From the IMG/VR virus record IMGVR_UViG_3300027751_000011: 64,000 nucleotides of DNA, one strand, 5' to 3'. Below the pieces are notes generated by a model. The model was not told where the DNA came from. It made no database searches and worked only from the letters and a program-made list of their open reading frames with translations. The DNA comes from an uncultured virus (IMG/VR IMGVR_UViG_3300027751_000011). Its lineage: Duplodnaviria; Heunggongvirae; Uroviricota; Caudoviricetes. Positions 26,455 to 35,232 of this stretch are shown piece after piece (positions within the stretch are counted from its first letter, which is position 1; every line of letters begins with the position of its first letter). Both the position numbers and the translations under genes were made by a program.

Positions 26455-27207
26455 TTATCCTACGAAAAAATCTGCAGGAAGCTCGTGTTCTAATCTAATT
26501 CTTTCTCTTAGTTTTTCTATTTCTTGCATAGCGTCTTCATATATCTGTCTACCGTTGATCTGTACTCCGCCAGGCAACTGCATCCCATCAAACTTCATTA
26601 AGTTAGTACCCCACTGCCTTTTAACCAGAGCTACAGCATATTCTTTTAGCCAAATATCATTCCATATACTTGAAAATGTATTTTCATCTATATAGGCATA
26701 TGCCTCTAAAATTATATAATCTCCTTCAAGAAGATCTTTATCTTCAATTTCTCCACGTATATAGAGTCTATACTGTCTACGAACAAAATTTACTTGAGGC
26801 GTTCCAGTTAGTTGCATATCTAAAAGCGATAGGTACTGCTGCATCTGCTCATAATATCCAAGATCTCCGATATAAGAATGCAAATCAGCAATGTCATTCA
26901 GATGCATCTGGTATTTTATATCAAAGAAATTTCTTGATGAAGTAGTGCTTGACCCTGGACTAAACATTCGAACGACATGAAGAGTATCACTTGGTACAGT
27001 AACAAACTTGTTGGTAATATCTTCTGCTGTTAACTGATGTTTGATATAAGTTCTATGGACAGCATCAGAGTGGTACTCTCTCCAATACGCAAGAGCTTCA
27101 TCTATGCGGTCATCTAGCTGCTGTTCTTCAACATTTATCTCGATTACAGGATCGCCTAAATCTCTTTTTATATAGTCTATAAATTCGTCTCTGCTATTAA
27201 TTGCCAT
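26455..27207 (-). CDS. gp13: Neck protein
   Basis: LG.PVIEINV...Q..DRIDEA, W.K.YA.AL.K.QWG.NL.KF.G.QLPGGV..NG. Confidence 0.95.
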   Translation of the reverse strand: MAINSRDEFIDYIKRDLGDPVIEINVEEQQLDDRIDEALAYWREYHSDAVHRTYIKHQLTAEDITNKFVTVPSDTLHVVRMFSPGSSTTSSRNFFDIKYQMHLNDIADLHSYIGDLGYYEQMQQYLSLLDMQLTGTPQVNFVRRQYRLYIRGEIEDKDLLEGDYIILEAYAYIDENTFSSIWNDIWLKEYAVALVKRQWGTNLMKFDGMQLPGGVQINGRQIYEDAMQEIEKLRERIRLEHELPADFFVG

Positions 27208-27237
27208 CGCGACCTCTGAAGCTAAAATTCTTAGTGT

Positions 27238-27245
27238 TATTTATA
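27238..27245 (-). promoter_or_regulatory. Late promoter TATAAATA(ACAC)
   Basis: Exact consensus upstream of gp13. Confidence 0.8.
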
Positions 27246-27249
27246 ATAG

Positions 27250-30246
27250 TTATAATCTACTAAAGTAATAGTCTTTGTCAAATTCATTTTCTACTTTAGA
27301 AATAAGCTTAAATTCCATATCAACTAGATGTTGAAGTATGTTATCCGTATCAGGTTGGTCATTTAAAATTCTAACTACAACTTCTTCGCATTTTTCTAAC
27401 ACCAGTGTTGATCCATTTAGTATTTCTAACTCCTTTTTTCGTGAGTCAATTCTAATACATTTAGGGAATTCGATGAGATGCTGAGGAATAAGTATGTCTA
27501 GAGACGCGTCATTGCAATTTTCTAGTAGCAAAGTCTTTTGATCATTAGATGTACTATATAAGTTATCTCCTTCAATATCATATGTAAGTTTTTTAACTTC
27601 TAGTGCTTCTTTTTCTTCAGAAGCCATCATAGACCCTACCTTAAAATTGTGCTTGCCAATATGGTCACATATAATACTTGTATCTGCGTATAATTTAAAC
27701 CTATTCTCTTTTGCCTTCATGCAAAAATATACATCTTCAGATAAAGTTTGTGAGTGATCTAATGCAGAAGAATACACAAAATGCGGATAATCTATATTTT
27801 TAAATACCTCACTCTTTATAAGAGCGCACCCTAAACCAAATGCATCAACCTCAATTACACTATTCTGGGGTAGTTCATTTGTTTGGTAGTTTAAATGACG
27901 TCCATCTTTCAAGTAATATAATTCACTAGTTTGCTTATCATGGAATCTTTGAATATAAACACCACTTACCGCATCTTTATTGTAGGATAGCATTTTAGTA
28001 AGGGCATCTTTAGGCACAATAATATCGCTATCAATGCTAAATAGGTAATCAAACTTTTTAGCCCAGTCCGCAATTAGATTCCTAATTTGATCTATTTGAT
28101 AGCCATAGAAAAACTCAAAGTGCGTTTCATATCCTTCGGGGACAGACATATTATAGATTGATCTAAATGTGTCGGGCTCAATTCCAGCATTAGTAGGAAT
28201 TGCTATCAGTATTTTTTTAGTTTCATTCATTGTTGTATTATTCTCTATAAGAGGAATCTTTTCATAAGACCGATTAGCGTTTATATTTTGTTCTTCGGAA
28301 TTCACTTTATAATCATTCAGCGGGTTTAGATCATTGTAGTAGCAGAATATCTCTTTAACTGCCTTTATTCTTTGCCACTCGACTTTTTCAATTAGCTCAT
28401 AAAATAACGGATTATCAGCTCCGCTGGTAATGTAATTTCCATCATCATCTTTAAATCGGCTAGTAGGAATATCCCAAAAATATTCTGCTGCGCATGTTCT
28501 TAAGTGGGTATAAGGAATTTTCCAATTAAATAGATGGTCTCTATATGTTCTTTCCTTCTTAACTTCTACAGGATAGTCCTGCGCTATTAGCGGAATACCG
28601 TCAGCAAGACTCCAGCATGACCCATAAGTAAATCTAAACCCTTGATGATATACCTCGTTATAGTAATTAAAAATACTATTATTACTTACTAGAAAATCAT
28701 CACCATCCAATAGCATTACAATATCACCACGCTTACAGTGTTTACTAATAACATGAAGCTGATTAGCGATGCATCCCTTTCTAACTACGTTATCTATTAT
28801 AATCCTTTGGTCATTCTCAAACTTTTTAAGAACATCGGCGCTTCCATCATCAGAAGCATCATTTATCATAATATGCAGATAGTTATCATAATCTTGTTGA
28901 TCAATAGATTCGCAGTGAGTTTGTAAATATCTTTCAGCGTTTCTAAAAGGAGAAATTATAACTATTCTTTTTTCAACACTTGTTTTTCTTAATACTTGCC
29001 TTTCAATTTCATTTAAAAATGTTTTATTAAAAACTCTGTTCACTTTATCGTTAATATACTGCGCTTTTTTATATTCATTTACATTTAGATATTTTTCTAA
29101 TTTAAAATATATTTGCTGTTTCCATTGTATAGCTACGCTGCTCCAACTATGAATATCATCAAGTACACCGCAATAGGATCTTTTTTGAGATAACAAGTAG
29201 TCGTCGCTGTAAGCATTAATTACTAAATCTACAAAAAGATCTGACTGCGCTTCTTCATTAATATTAGGAAATAAGCTATTTGGTACCGAAGCATAATCTA
29301 TTTTATAACATGCTAAGTCTAAAGCCGTAGATTCTAAAGCACCAAAGTTACACGTAATAACAGGCGTATTATATAACAAACTTTCTAAAGTTGATATACC
29401 GAATGTTTCAGGAAAGTCAGTGGGATATAACATAAATCCAGCTTTTTGTAGTATATTAGCTATTAGATTTTGATTAATAACGCCAGTAAATGTAACATCT
29501 AATGCTGGATCTATACTTTCTTTAAATGCTTCTAGATCTTTTTCTTGAGCATCAGGCTCAGCACCCTCTCTAAATCTATAGTAACCACCTATCACTGTTA
29601 GCTTGGCTTCAGGTATTTTTTCTTTTACTTTGGGCCAGATGTGATTTAGTAAAGGCTTTAATCCTTTTGTTACAGAAGCATTATAAACGAAATGATTTTT
29701 TTCTTTATGTGCTAAACTATCGTTATCTTCGATTCTTTTGACAGCACCGTTTCTTGTTTGGAATATTTTATTTTTTAATACTTCAAAATTTCTTTTAGCG
29801 CCATGTTCACAGTTTAAAACATAGTTAGTGTGAAAATCTGATAAGGTAAATAGCTGGTCTACTATTCCTTGATTAAGCATCGTTTCAATGTGCTCATCAC
29901 CCTCACAAAAGGTATCATGCATCCATATTACTTTATAGCTCGCCCGGCTACACATTTCTGCGTACTTATGACCAGCAAAAAATGGAAAAACTGATCTAGA
30001 AGATATTACTACGTCGTAAAACTCAGTAGCATCTGCTGAATCGTGGTCTACATATTTTACACCACTATAAGTGCCAGGGCTAGCTTGAGAATCTTCACAG
30101 TTGTTAAAAACTGTAACATCAAAACCTAGTCTTTGTAACTCTGCAGACATAAGAATTACAGCAGATTCAGAACCACCTAATCCTCTAGATCCGAGAGTAT
30201 ATCCATCATAAGTTAAACCTAATAAATCAATAATCGCAATTTTCAT
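27250..30246 (-). CDS. Multi-domain glycosyltransferase (GT-B/GT4-like, two GT-A/GT2-like domains, degenerate C-terminal domain)
   Basis: GLGGSE, W.HD, YPT.F.ETFGIS.LE (GT-B); SPF.NAE.Y, I.DASDD, LDGDD (GT2); IAIPT, RN.IA, IDSDI.VP, SED.YFC (second GT-A). Confidence 0.9.
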   Translation of the reverse strand: MKIAIIDLLGLTYDGYTLGSRGLGGSESAVILMSAELQRLGFDVTVFNNCEDSQASPGTYSGVKYVDHDSADATEFYDVVISSRSVFPFFAGHKYAEMCSRASYKVIWMHDTFCEGDEHIETMLNQGIVDQLFTLSDFHTNYVLNCEHGAKRNFEVLKNKIFQTRNGAVKRIEDNDSLAHKEKNHFVYNASVTKGLKPLLNHIWPKVKEKIPEAKLTVIGGYYRFREGAEPDAQEKDLEAFKESIDPALDVTFTGVINQNLIANILQKAGFMLYPTDFPETFGISTLESLLYNTPVITCNFGALESTALDLACYKIDYASVPNSLFPNINEEAQSDLFVDLVINAYSDDYLLSQKRSYCGVLDDIHSWSSVAIQWKQQIYFKLEKYLNVNEYKKAQYINDKVNRVFNKTFLNEIERQVLRKTSVEKRIVIISPFRNAERYLQTHCESIDQQDYDNYLHIMINDASDDGSADVLKKFENDQRIIIDNVVRKGCIANQLHVISKHCKRGDIVMLLDGDDFLVSNNSIFNYYNEVYHQGFRFTYGSCWSLADGIPLIAQDYPVEVKKERTYRDHLFNWKIPYTHLRTCAAEYFWDIPTSRFKDDDGNYITSGADNPLFYELIEKVEWQRIKAVKEIFCYYNDLNPLNDYKVNSEEQNINANRSYEKIPLIENNTTMNETKKILIAIPTNAGIEPDTFRSIYNMSVPEGYETHFEFFYGYQIDQIRNLIADWAKKFDYLFSIDSDIIVPKDALTKMLSYNKDAVSGVYIQRFHDKQTSELYYLKDGRHLNYQTNELPQNSVIEVDAFGLGCALIKSEVFKNIDYPHFVYSSALDHSQTLSEDVYFCMKAKENRFKLYADTSIICDHIGKHNFKVGSMMASEEKEALEVKKLTYDIEGDNLYSTSNDQKTLLLENCNDASLDILIPQHLIEFPKCIRIDSRKKELEILNGSTLVLEKCEEVVVRILNDQPDTDNILQHLVDMEFKLISKVENEFDKDYYFSRL

Positions 30247-30278
30247 AATTAATCCTACATTGTAAAAAATATCAGTGT

Positions 30279-30286
30279 TATTTATA
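30279..30286 (-). promoter_or_regulatory. Late promoter TATAAATA(ACAC) for the glycosyltransferase
   Basis: Exact consensus in the gap directly upstream of the GT gene. Confidence 0.8.
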
Positions 30287-30294
30287 TGGTCTTT

Positions 30295-31485
30295 TTATGG
30301 ATTACCATAGTACTGGTTTGCTGTGGTTCCAGAAGGTAGACTATTGACCGTTTCATAGAGAGGCGCGGTAAAGCTACTTGGATAGCCGCCTGCTATTTGA
30401 GTCGCTATAACTACTGCGCCTGATCCGCCATATCCGTTATAGCTAGAACCTGAGGTAAAATCGTCATCGTCAGCTCCTCCTCCGCCGCCATAGTTTCCTC
30501 CGTCAGATGTAGCTGAGCCATTAAATCCATTCGCCCCGCCTGAACCTCCTGCCCCGGGGTTCCCAGCTGACCCAGCAGAACCAGAGCTGCCTTGACCGTA
30601 TATACCTACTCCGCCACCGCCACCGCAATTCGAATTCGTACTACCGCCTCCGCCTCCGCCACCTCCACCGCCACTGGTACCGTCTGTGTTGTTATTCCCA
30701 TACGCACCAATCCCTCCGTTGCCTGAATATCCAGCTGCTCCTCCTCCGGCTCCTCCAGCATTATTATATGCCCATCTGCCTCCCCGGCCGCCAGTTGCGC
30801 CGCCCTGCGAAAAACCACTACTAGACATATTTACTGAACTAAAAGAAAATGACAACGGCAGTCTTGCCCCGCCCTGGGCCGCTTGAGTAGTAGTTCCGGT
30901 ACCGCTGCTGCCAGCAGGCGTTCCGCCTTGGCCACCTTCGGCTGCACATGCGTTAACTCCATTTAATTTGATACCGCTCGATCCTCCACAACTACCTGCG
31001 CTTGTAGTACCAGCATTTATCGTAATTCCAGGCATTCCTACAAATATTTGGCACGATGTAGCAGCTGTAAGAGTAAAATTGATATATGCAAGGCCGCCTC
31101 CACCACCTCCGCCGCCTCCACGGTTTGATCCAGTTCCTGCTGCCCCTCCTCCGGCGCCTATACATAAAACCATATAACTAGCAGGTTCAAGCGTAACAGT
31201 TTGGGTATAAGACCATCCAATGTTGGCAGTAATAGTTCCAGCGGCCTGTAAAGCTTGATGTCTAGTATTACGTGGATCGGCTACATCATACACGGTGAAG
31301 GACAGACTAGAACCTGCATAAGAAGCGAACCTGTCTGCGTAGTCAAAGTCAGAAATAAATTTAGTATTAAACGACCCGCCAATTTCACCGCGGTTCATAG
31401 TATAGTGAGGATTTAAATCTTGTCTTAAGCTATCTATTGCAGAAATAACATTTCCGCGTGAGCCCCATCTATAATTAACTGTCAT
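30295..31485 (-). CDS. Glycine-rich virion / adhesin-like protein
   Basis: IGAGGG...GGGGGGGGL and multiple poly-Gly blocks ending G.GGSGAVVI. Confidence 0.75.
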   Translation of the reverse strand: MTVNYRWGSRGNVISAIDSLRQDLNPHYTMNRGEIGGSFNTKFISDFDYADRFASYAGSSLSFTVYDVADPRNTRHQALQAAGTITANIGWSYTQTVTLEPASYMVLCIGAGGGAAGTGSNRGGGGGGGGGLAYINFTLTAATSCQIFVGMPGITINAGTTSAGSCGGSSGIKLNGVNACAAEGGQGGTPAGSSGTGTTTQAAQGGARLPLSFSFSSVNMSSSGFSQGGATGGRGGRWAYNNAGGAGGGAAGYSGNGGIGAYGNNNTDGTSGGGGGGGGGGSTNSNCGGGGGVGIYGQGSSGSAGSAGNPGAGGSGGANGFNGSATSDGGNYGGGGGADDDDFTSGSSYNGYGGSGAVVIATQIAGGYPSSFTAPLYETVNSLPSGTTANQYYGNP

Positions 31486-31508
31486 TTTCTATTCCTTATT
31501 ATGATACT

Positions 31509-32276
31509 CTAAGATATTACTCTAAGATATATATCAAGAGTGCCTATTGTCGCGCCATACATACCAAGCACTGCATTAAAGGTGCCGTTATCTACAACAA
31601 AAGTAGGAGAATCGCAAATAAAGTCTTTGCTGGGGTACCCTGAACCAGAAACCTCTGCGTAAAGATACTGGCTTCCGGCGGCTCCATTGCCGACAAGGCC
31701 AGTACCTCCAGAACCTGTACCACCTGCGTCTCGGTTCCAGCGGTTTGCTGAAGTGCCATTTTGAATAAGGTTGAAAGCAAAGTTTCCTTGATCATAGTTG
31801 TCTTTATCCATAGCTGAACTATTCGATTGCGTAGTACGCCAACCTTCAGCGTTACTTTCAAAACTATAGTTAGTAGAGCCTATAGTGACATTTCCTATTT
31901 GGGCATCACCGGTATAACTAGAGCCGCCCGTGTAGTGAAAAATAAGTCTACAAGTATTACCAATGTAAGTAGTAGCATCATAGGTTTTAGTAAGCCAGGA
32001 GGTACCTTGATTACCGGATATTGTATCTATTGTATAATCACCGGGCGGTGCACCGGTTTTCTGACCGTCGTTATTATTGTACCAATATCCTGCTCCAGAA
32101 ACATTAGCCGCCATATGAACGCCACCTTCAATAGTCTTATATGCTATATTAGACTTATAATTTGTTATACTATGTCTTTGGTCGTCGTCCCAAGGCATTT
32201 GGTTCTCGCGCTCGGCCTGCGTCACCTGAGAACCCAAATTAGGCCTTAGACTTCCTCTTTCAAAATTTACGCTCAT
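31509..32276 (-). CDS. Putative virion protein (beta-rich; W.R..GGTGS.GTG...YLYAE.S)
   Basis: ORF track; composition and position in the fibre block. Confidence 0.7.
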   Translation of the reverse strand: MSVNFERGSLRPNLGSQVTQAERENQMPWDDDQRHSITNYKSNIAYKTIEGGVHMAANVSGAGYWYNNNDGQKTGAPPGDYTIDTISGNQGTSWLTKTYDATTYIGNTCRLIFHYTGGSSYTGDAQIGNVTIGSTNYSFESNAEGWRTTQSNSSAMDKDNYDQGNFAFNLIQNGTSANRWNRDAGGTGSGGTGLVGNGAAGSQYLYAEVSGSGYPSKDFICDSPTFVVDNGTFNAVLGMYGATIGTLDIYLRVIS

Positions 32277-32286
32277 CTAACTATCC

Positions 32287-32790
32287 TTACTCGACATTAT
32301 TTACAAGCCCAATTGAATTTTTCGTGAATGTATCAAAATTTATATTTCTATAGTATTTATAAACTACAAGCATGTGAGGCAAGACCGCCGTATTATTACT
32401 ATTAGTAGAAACAGATATATTAGCAGTAACAGTGTTTTGCCCGCCTTGGCCTAGACCTGGACCTTGGCCTCCACGGAGCCATAACGGAGTATCTCTATCA
32501 ATTATTTCTATTATCGACCCACCTGGGTGTTCATAGGTACCAAATCTATATTCACTTCCGAAATTAGGAGATGGTGAAGAGCCAACGACCTCCAAACCAC
32601 TTTTTATTTTGTAATCAGCTGAGAAACTAGAGTTTCCTGTAGGGTTAACAACTCTTACACTCTGAATTTCAAATATACCGCCAAAGGTATTCGATACACC
32701 GCGGGATGCAGCATAAAAATACGCCGAAGCTGAAGAATTTCCAGGAATCAAAACCATTTGAGTTCCAGGTGCAAAATTTACGTTTCCCAT
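32287..32790 (-). CDS. Putative fibre-associated protein, paralogue 6 of 6
   Basis: Start MGNVNF after AAGG; IQSVRVVN...IIDRDTPLWL motif shared with neighbours. Confidence 0.65.
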   Translation of the reverse strand: MGNVNFAPGTQMVLIPGNSSASAYFYAASRGVSNTFGGIFEIQSVRVVNPTGNSSFSADYKIKSGLEVVGSSPSPNFGSEYRFGTYEHPGGSIIEIIDRDTPLWLRGGQGPGLGQGGQNTVTANISVSTNSNNTAVLPHMLVVYKYYRNINFDTFTKNSIGLVNNVE

Positions 32791-32806
32791 TTTTAATTTA
32801 TCCTTA

Positions 32807-33259
32807 CTACCAGGTTTGCGCGCCGGCGGCGTCTGTAAACTCAATAAAACTACAAACAAAATCAAATCGCCTGGAGAAACTCGGCTCACTTTTTTCATTA
32901 TGCGTAAATACTAGATTATTATATGAATTCGTCGACGCTACATTTAAATATACTGGACTTCTTCTATCAATTATTATAGCTGTTGTGTCAGGGTATATTT
33001 TTACACTCTGTATTATTCTTGTCGAGTTTCCGGTACCGTAGCCCGCAGACGAGGCTAGGCCAATGCCAATATCAATTACATCATACTGATCATTAGTGTT
33101 TGTAGAGGTACCAGTTACGAATAAAGACAGTATACACCTGCTCCTATTAGGGTCGCAATTTAAAATTGTTGTCGATGTTGTATTAGCCGCAGTATCGTCA
33201 TAACTTACTCCAAACGTGGAAAGTTTCATCTGCTTAGCTGCGTAAAAATTATTTGCCAC
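32807..33259 (-). CDS. Putative fibre-associated protein, paralogue 5 of 6
   Basis: ILSLFVT...VKIYPDTTAIIIDRRSPVYL. Confidence 0.7.
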   Translation of the reverse strand: MANNFYAAKQMKLSTFGVSYDDTAANTTSTTILNCDPNRSRCILSLFVTGTSTNTNDQYDVIDIGIGLASSAGYGTGNSTRIIQSVKIYPDTTAIIIDRRSPVYLNVASTNSYNNLVFTHNEKSEPSFSRRFDFVCSFIEFTDAAGAQTW

Positions 33260-33277
33260 TTAATTATCTTCCTTTAA

Positions 33278-33721
33278 TCAGCCGTTGTACAGTCTTTGAA
33301 ACGTGTAATTAACATAAAAGTTTGACCAGAGTGAAGTTATTCGCATAGATTGAAATTCAGTCATAACTAAAGGCGTTTTCCTATCATTGAGAACTATCTG
33401 ATCTCCTCCTTGACCAGAGGATGTAGCATACTTAACAATCAAATTATTAAACCCATCTTCAATTTCCAAGTCGGCATACGGGGTGTCCAGGCCTACTGAT
33501 CCCGTTAGATGAGGGTAGTTGCCTGGTTGGGTCACAATTGATCTTGTGTAGTTTCTGGTTATAGCTATTCTAGAAATAACCCATGTTTCGTTAGATGGTA
33601 TCATCTTTAAATAATAGCCGCTTGCTGTTCGATAGCCAGCAAAAGTTTGCATGATAAATGACTTGTTGATGCCAAGACCGTAATTACCAACACTATTTGG
33701 TGATGTAACATATTCTGTCAT
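33278..33721 (-). CDS. Putative fibre-associated protein, paralogue 4 of 6
   Basis: VISRIAIT...IVLNDRKTPLVM. Confidence 0.65.
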   Translation of the reverse strand: MTEYVTSPNSVGNYGLGINKSFIMQTFAGYRTASGYYLKMIPSNETWVISRIAITRNYTRSIVTQPGNYPHLTGSVGLDTPYADLEIEDGFNNLIVKYATSSGQGGDQIVLNDRKTPLVMTEFQSMRITSLWSNFYVNYTFQRLYNG

Positions 33722-34245
33722 GTTGATGATGCCCTACTTATCTTTAAATACGAGCAATGGAAATGCAGCTCTGCAATACCGCCTCCTATATTGTCTTGTA
33801 CATTTCCTACATACATAGTCCACATTCTTGCGTTAGAACCGCCAAATTCGCCACCGAATGTACCATCCATCACATAACCCATTACAATAGGCGCATCTTT
33901 TGATATAAGCTGCACAGTTTGATTAGGTCCTATAGTCATCTCTTTGCACAAAAAACCTTTAGTACTACCTGCATCGCTAACAGTATTAGTGGTACCCACA
34001 TAAGTTGAAAGCCATACACTCACACCGCCATAAAAATTATTATCGTCATGATTAAAATTAGTAACAGTAAGATTATTTATTATATACTGATAATTCCAGG
34101 AATTAGTACTACCAAAGTCTAATAATCTAGTGCTATTGGTAGTTACTAATCGTAAGTTTGTAGACAGCATTTCCGCACTTGCACTGCCAACATTGTAAGT
34201 GCCATAGTCAGTAGAAAAGTCGGACTGAGATATAAAATTCGTCAA
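33718..34245 (-). CDS. Putative fibre-associated protein, paralogue 3 of 6
   Basis: IINNLTVTN...MTIGPNQTVQLISKDAPIVM. Confidence 0.7.
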   Translation of the reverse strand: MTNFISQSDFSTDYGTYNVGSASAEMLSTNLRLVTTNSTRLLDFGSTNSWNYQYIINNLTVTNFNHDDNNFYGGVSVWLSTYVGTTNTVSDAGSTKGFLCKEMTIGPNQTVQLISKDAPIVMGYVMDGTFGGEFGGSNARMWTMYVGNVQDNIGGGIAELHFHCSYLKISRASST

Positions 34246-34640
34246 TTAGTACTCCTAAACCTATTTGCACATATTGTGTAATTCATAGTTGCAGTTCCGC
34301 TTTTTTCAATGTATATAGCTGTACCGTCATGAACAAATATCCTTGAATCTGTGGTAACTGGTGAGTAACTACCATATACAGGAACCCTTACCTTATAGCA
34401 CAGATAAGCTCCCGAGCCAGTTGTGAATGCAGAAGTTCCAATAAATACTGATATATCTACCTCACTTCCAGACTCATTGTAGATAGTCATATTGAATATA
34501 TCATATCCGTAATGTATGGTAGCGTTCGATGTAAAGGCTGTAAAACTATTACTTGAACTTCTTTCAGCTATCAATACTGGCTTCATATGGTAATTTAACT
34601 GATCATTACCGTAGCCATAAAATTCTTGTTTTAACGGCAT
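34242..34640 (-). CDS. Putative fibre-associated protein, paralogue 2 of 6
   Basis: IFNMTIYN...VRVPVYGSYSPVTTDSRIFV. Confidence 0.7.
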   Translation of the reverse strand: MPLKQEFYGYGNDQLNYHMKPVLIAERSSSNSFTAFTSNATIHYGYDIFNMTIYNESGSEVDISVFIGTSAFTTGSGAYLCYKVRVPVYGSYSPVTTDSRIFVHDGTAIYIEKSGTATMNYTICANRFRSTN

Positions 34641-35222
34641 TTAACCCTCGTTTTCTTGATCTACTATAGCATAACTGCACACTAGATCTACTGAATTCGC
34701 GTTATTCATAGTTTTAAACCTCATATATCTAGCGAAACCGACTTTTTCTCTAGTTACGTATAGCGGAGACATCTTGTTATATAGCACAAAACTTGTTCCT
34801 TTAGGTATCCAAAAACTAGTAGGCATTACACTTTTGTCTGTGCCTCCGGCAAGGCTTGGGCCATTAATGGTAGTACTTATACTTTCTTGTGACGCTGCTT
34901 GTTTTTCCCATACCGCATCTATTTCTACCTGTTCGTCAAAATCGCTGATATTAGTCAGAGTTAAATTTAAAATAACTAGATCAAAATTAACGGATCCTGT
35001 ATTATGAGAACCATCTACCGGTGAAGCATTTCTATCAGTCGCAATGTGTGCTATATTATTTGACGTGCCTCCATGAAATAAATACTTATCGTACGAAGTA
35101 GTCAACCTTTGATATACCATATTTAGCCCAATAGCGTGCCTTGTGGTACTCCCGGGATCAGGCATTGTATAGCCTTCATACCCGGCAAAGTTCCCGGCTT
35201 GGTTATATATCGTATGACTCAT
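34641..35222 (-). CDS. Putative fibre-associated protein, paralogue 1 of 6
   Basis: VILNLTLTN...FWIPKGTSFVLYNKMSPLYV...VDLVCSY. Confidence 0.7.
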   Translation of the reverse strand: MSHTIYNQAGNFAGYEGYTMPDPGSTTRHAIGLNMVYQRLTTSYDKYLFHGGTSNNIAHIATDRNASPVDGSHNTGSVNFDLVILNLTLTNISDFDEQVEIDAVWEKQAASQESISTTINGPSLAGGTDKSVMPTSFWIPKGTSFVLYNKMSPLYVTREKVGFARYMRFKTMNNANSVDLVCSYAIVDQENEG

Positions 35223-35232
35223 AACTTATATC

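Noticed and set aside
4654..32361. Intragenic TATAAATA matches (4654, 12653, 32354)
   Set aside because: Chance matches are likely in AT-rich DNA; those at 4654 and 32354 could be real but cannot be supported from sequence alone.
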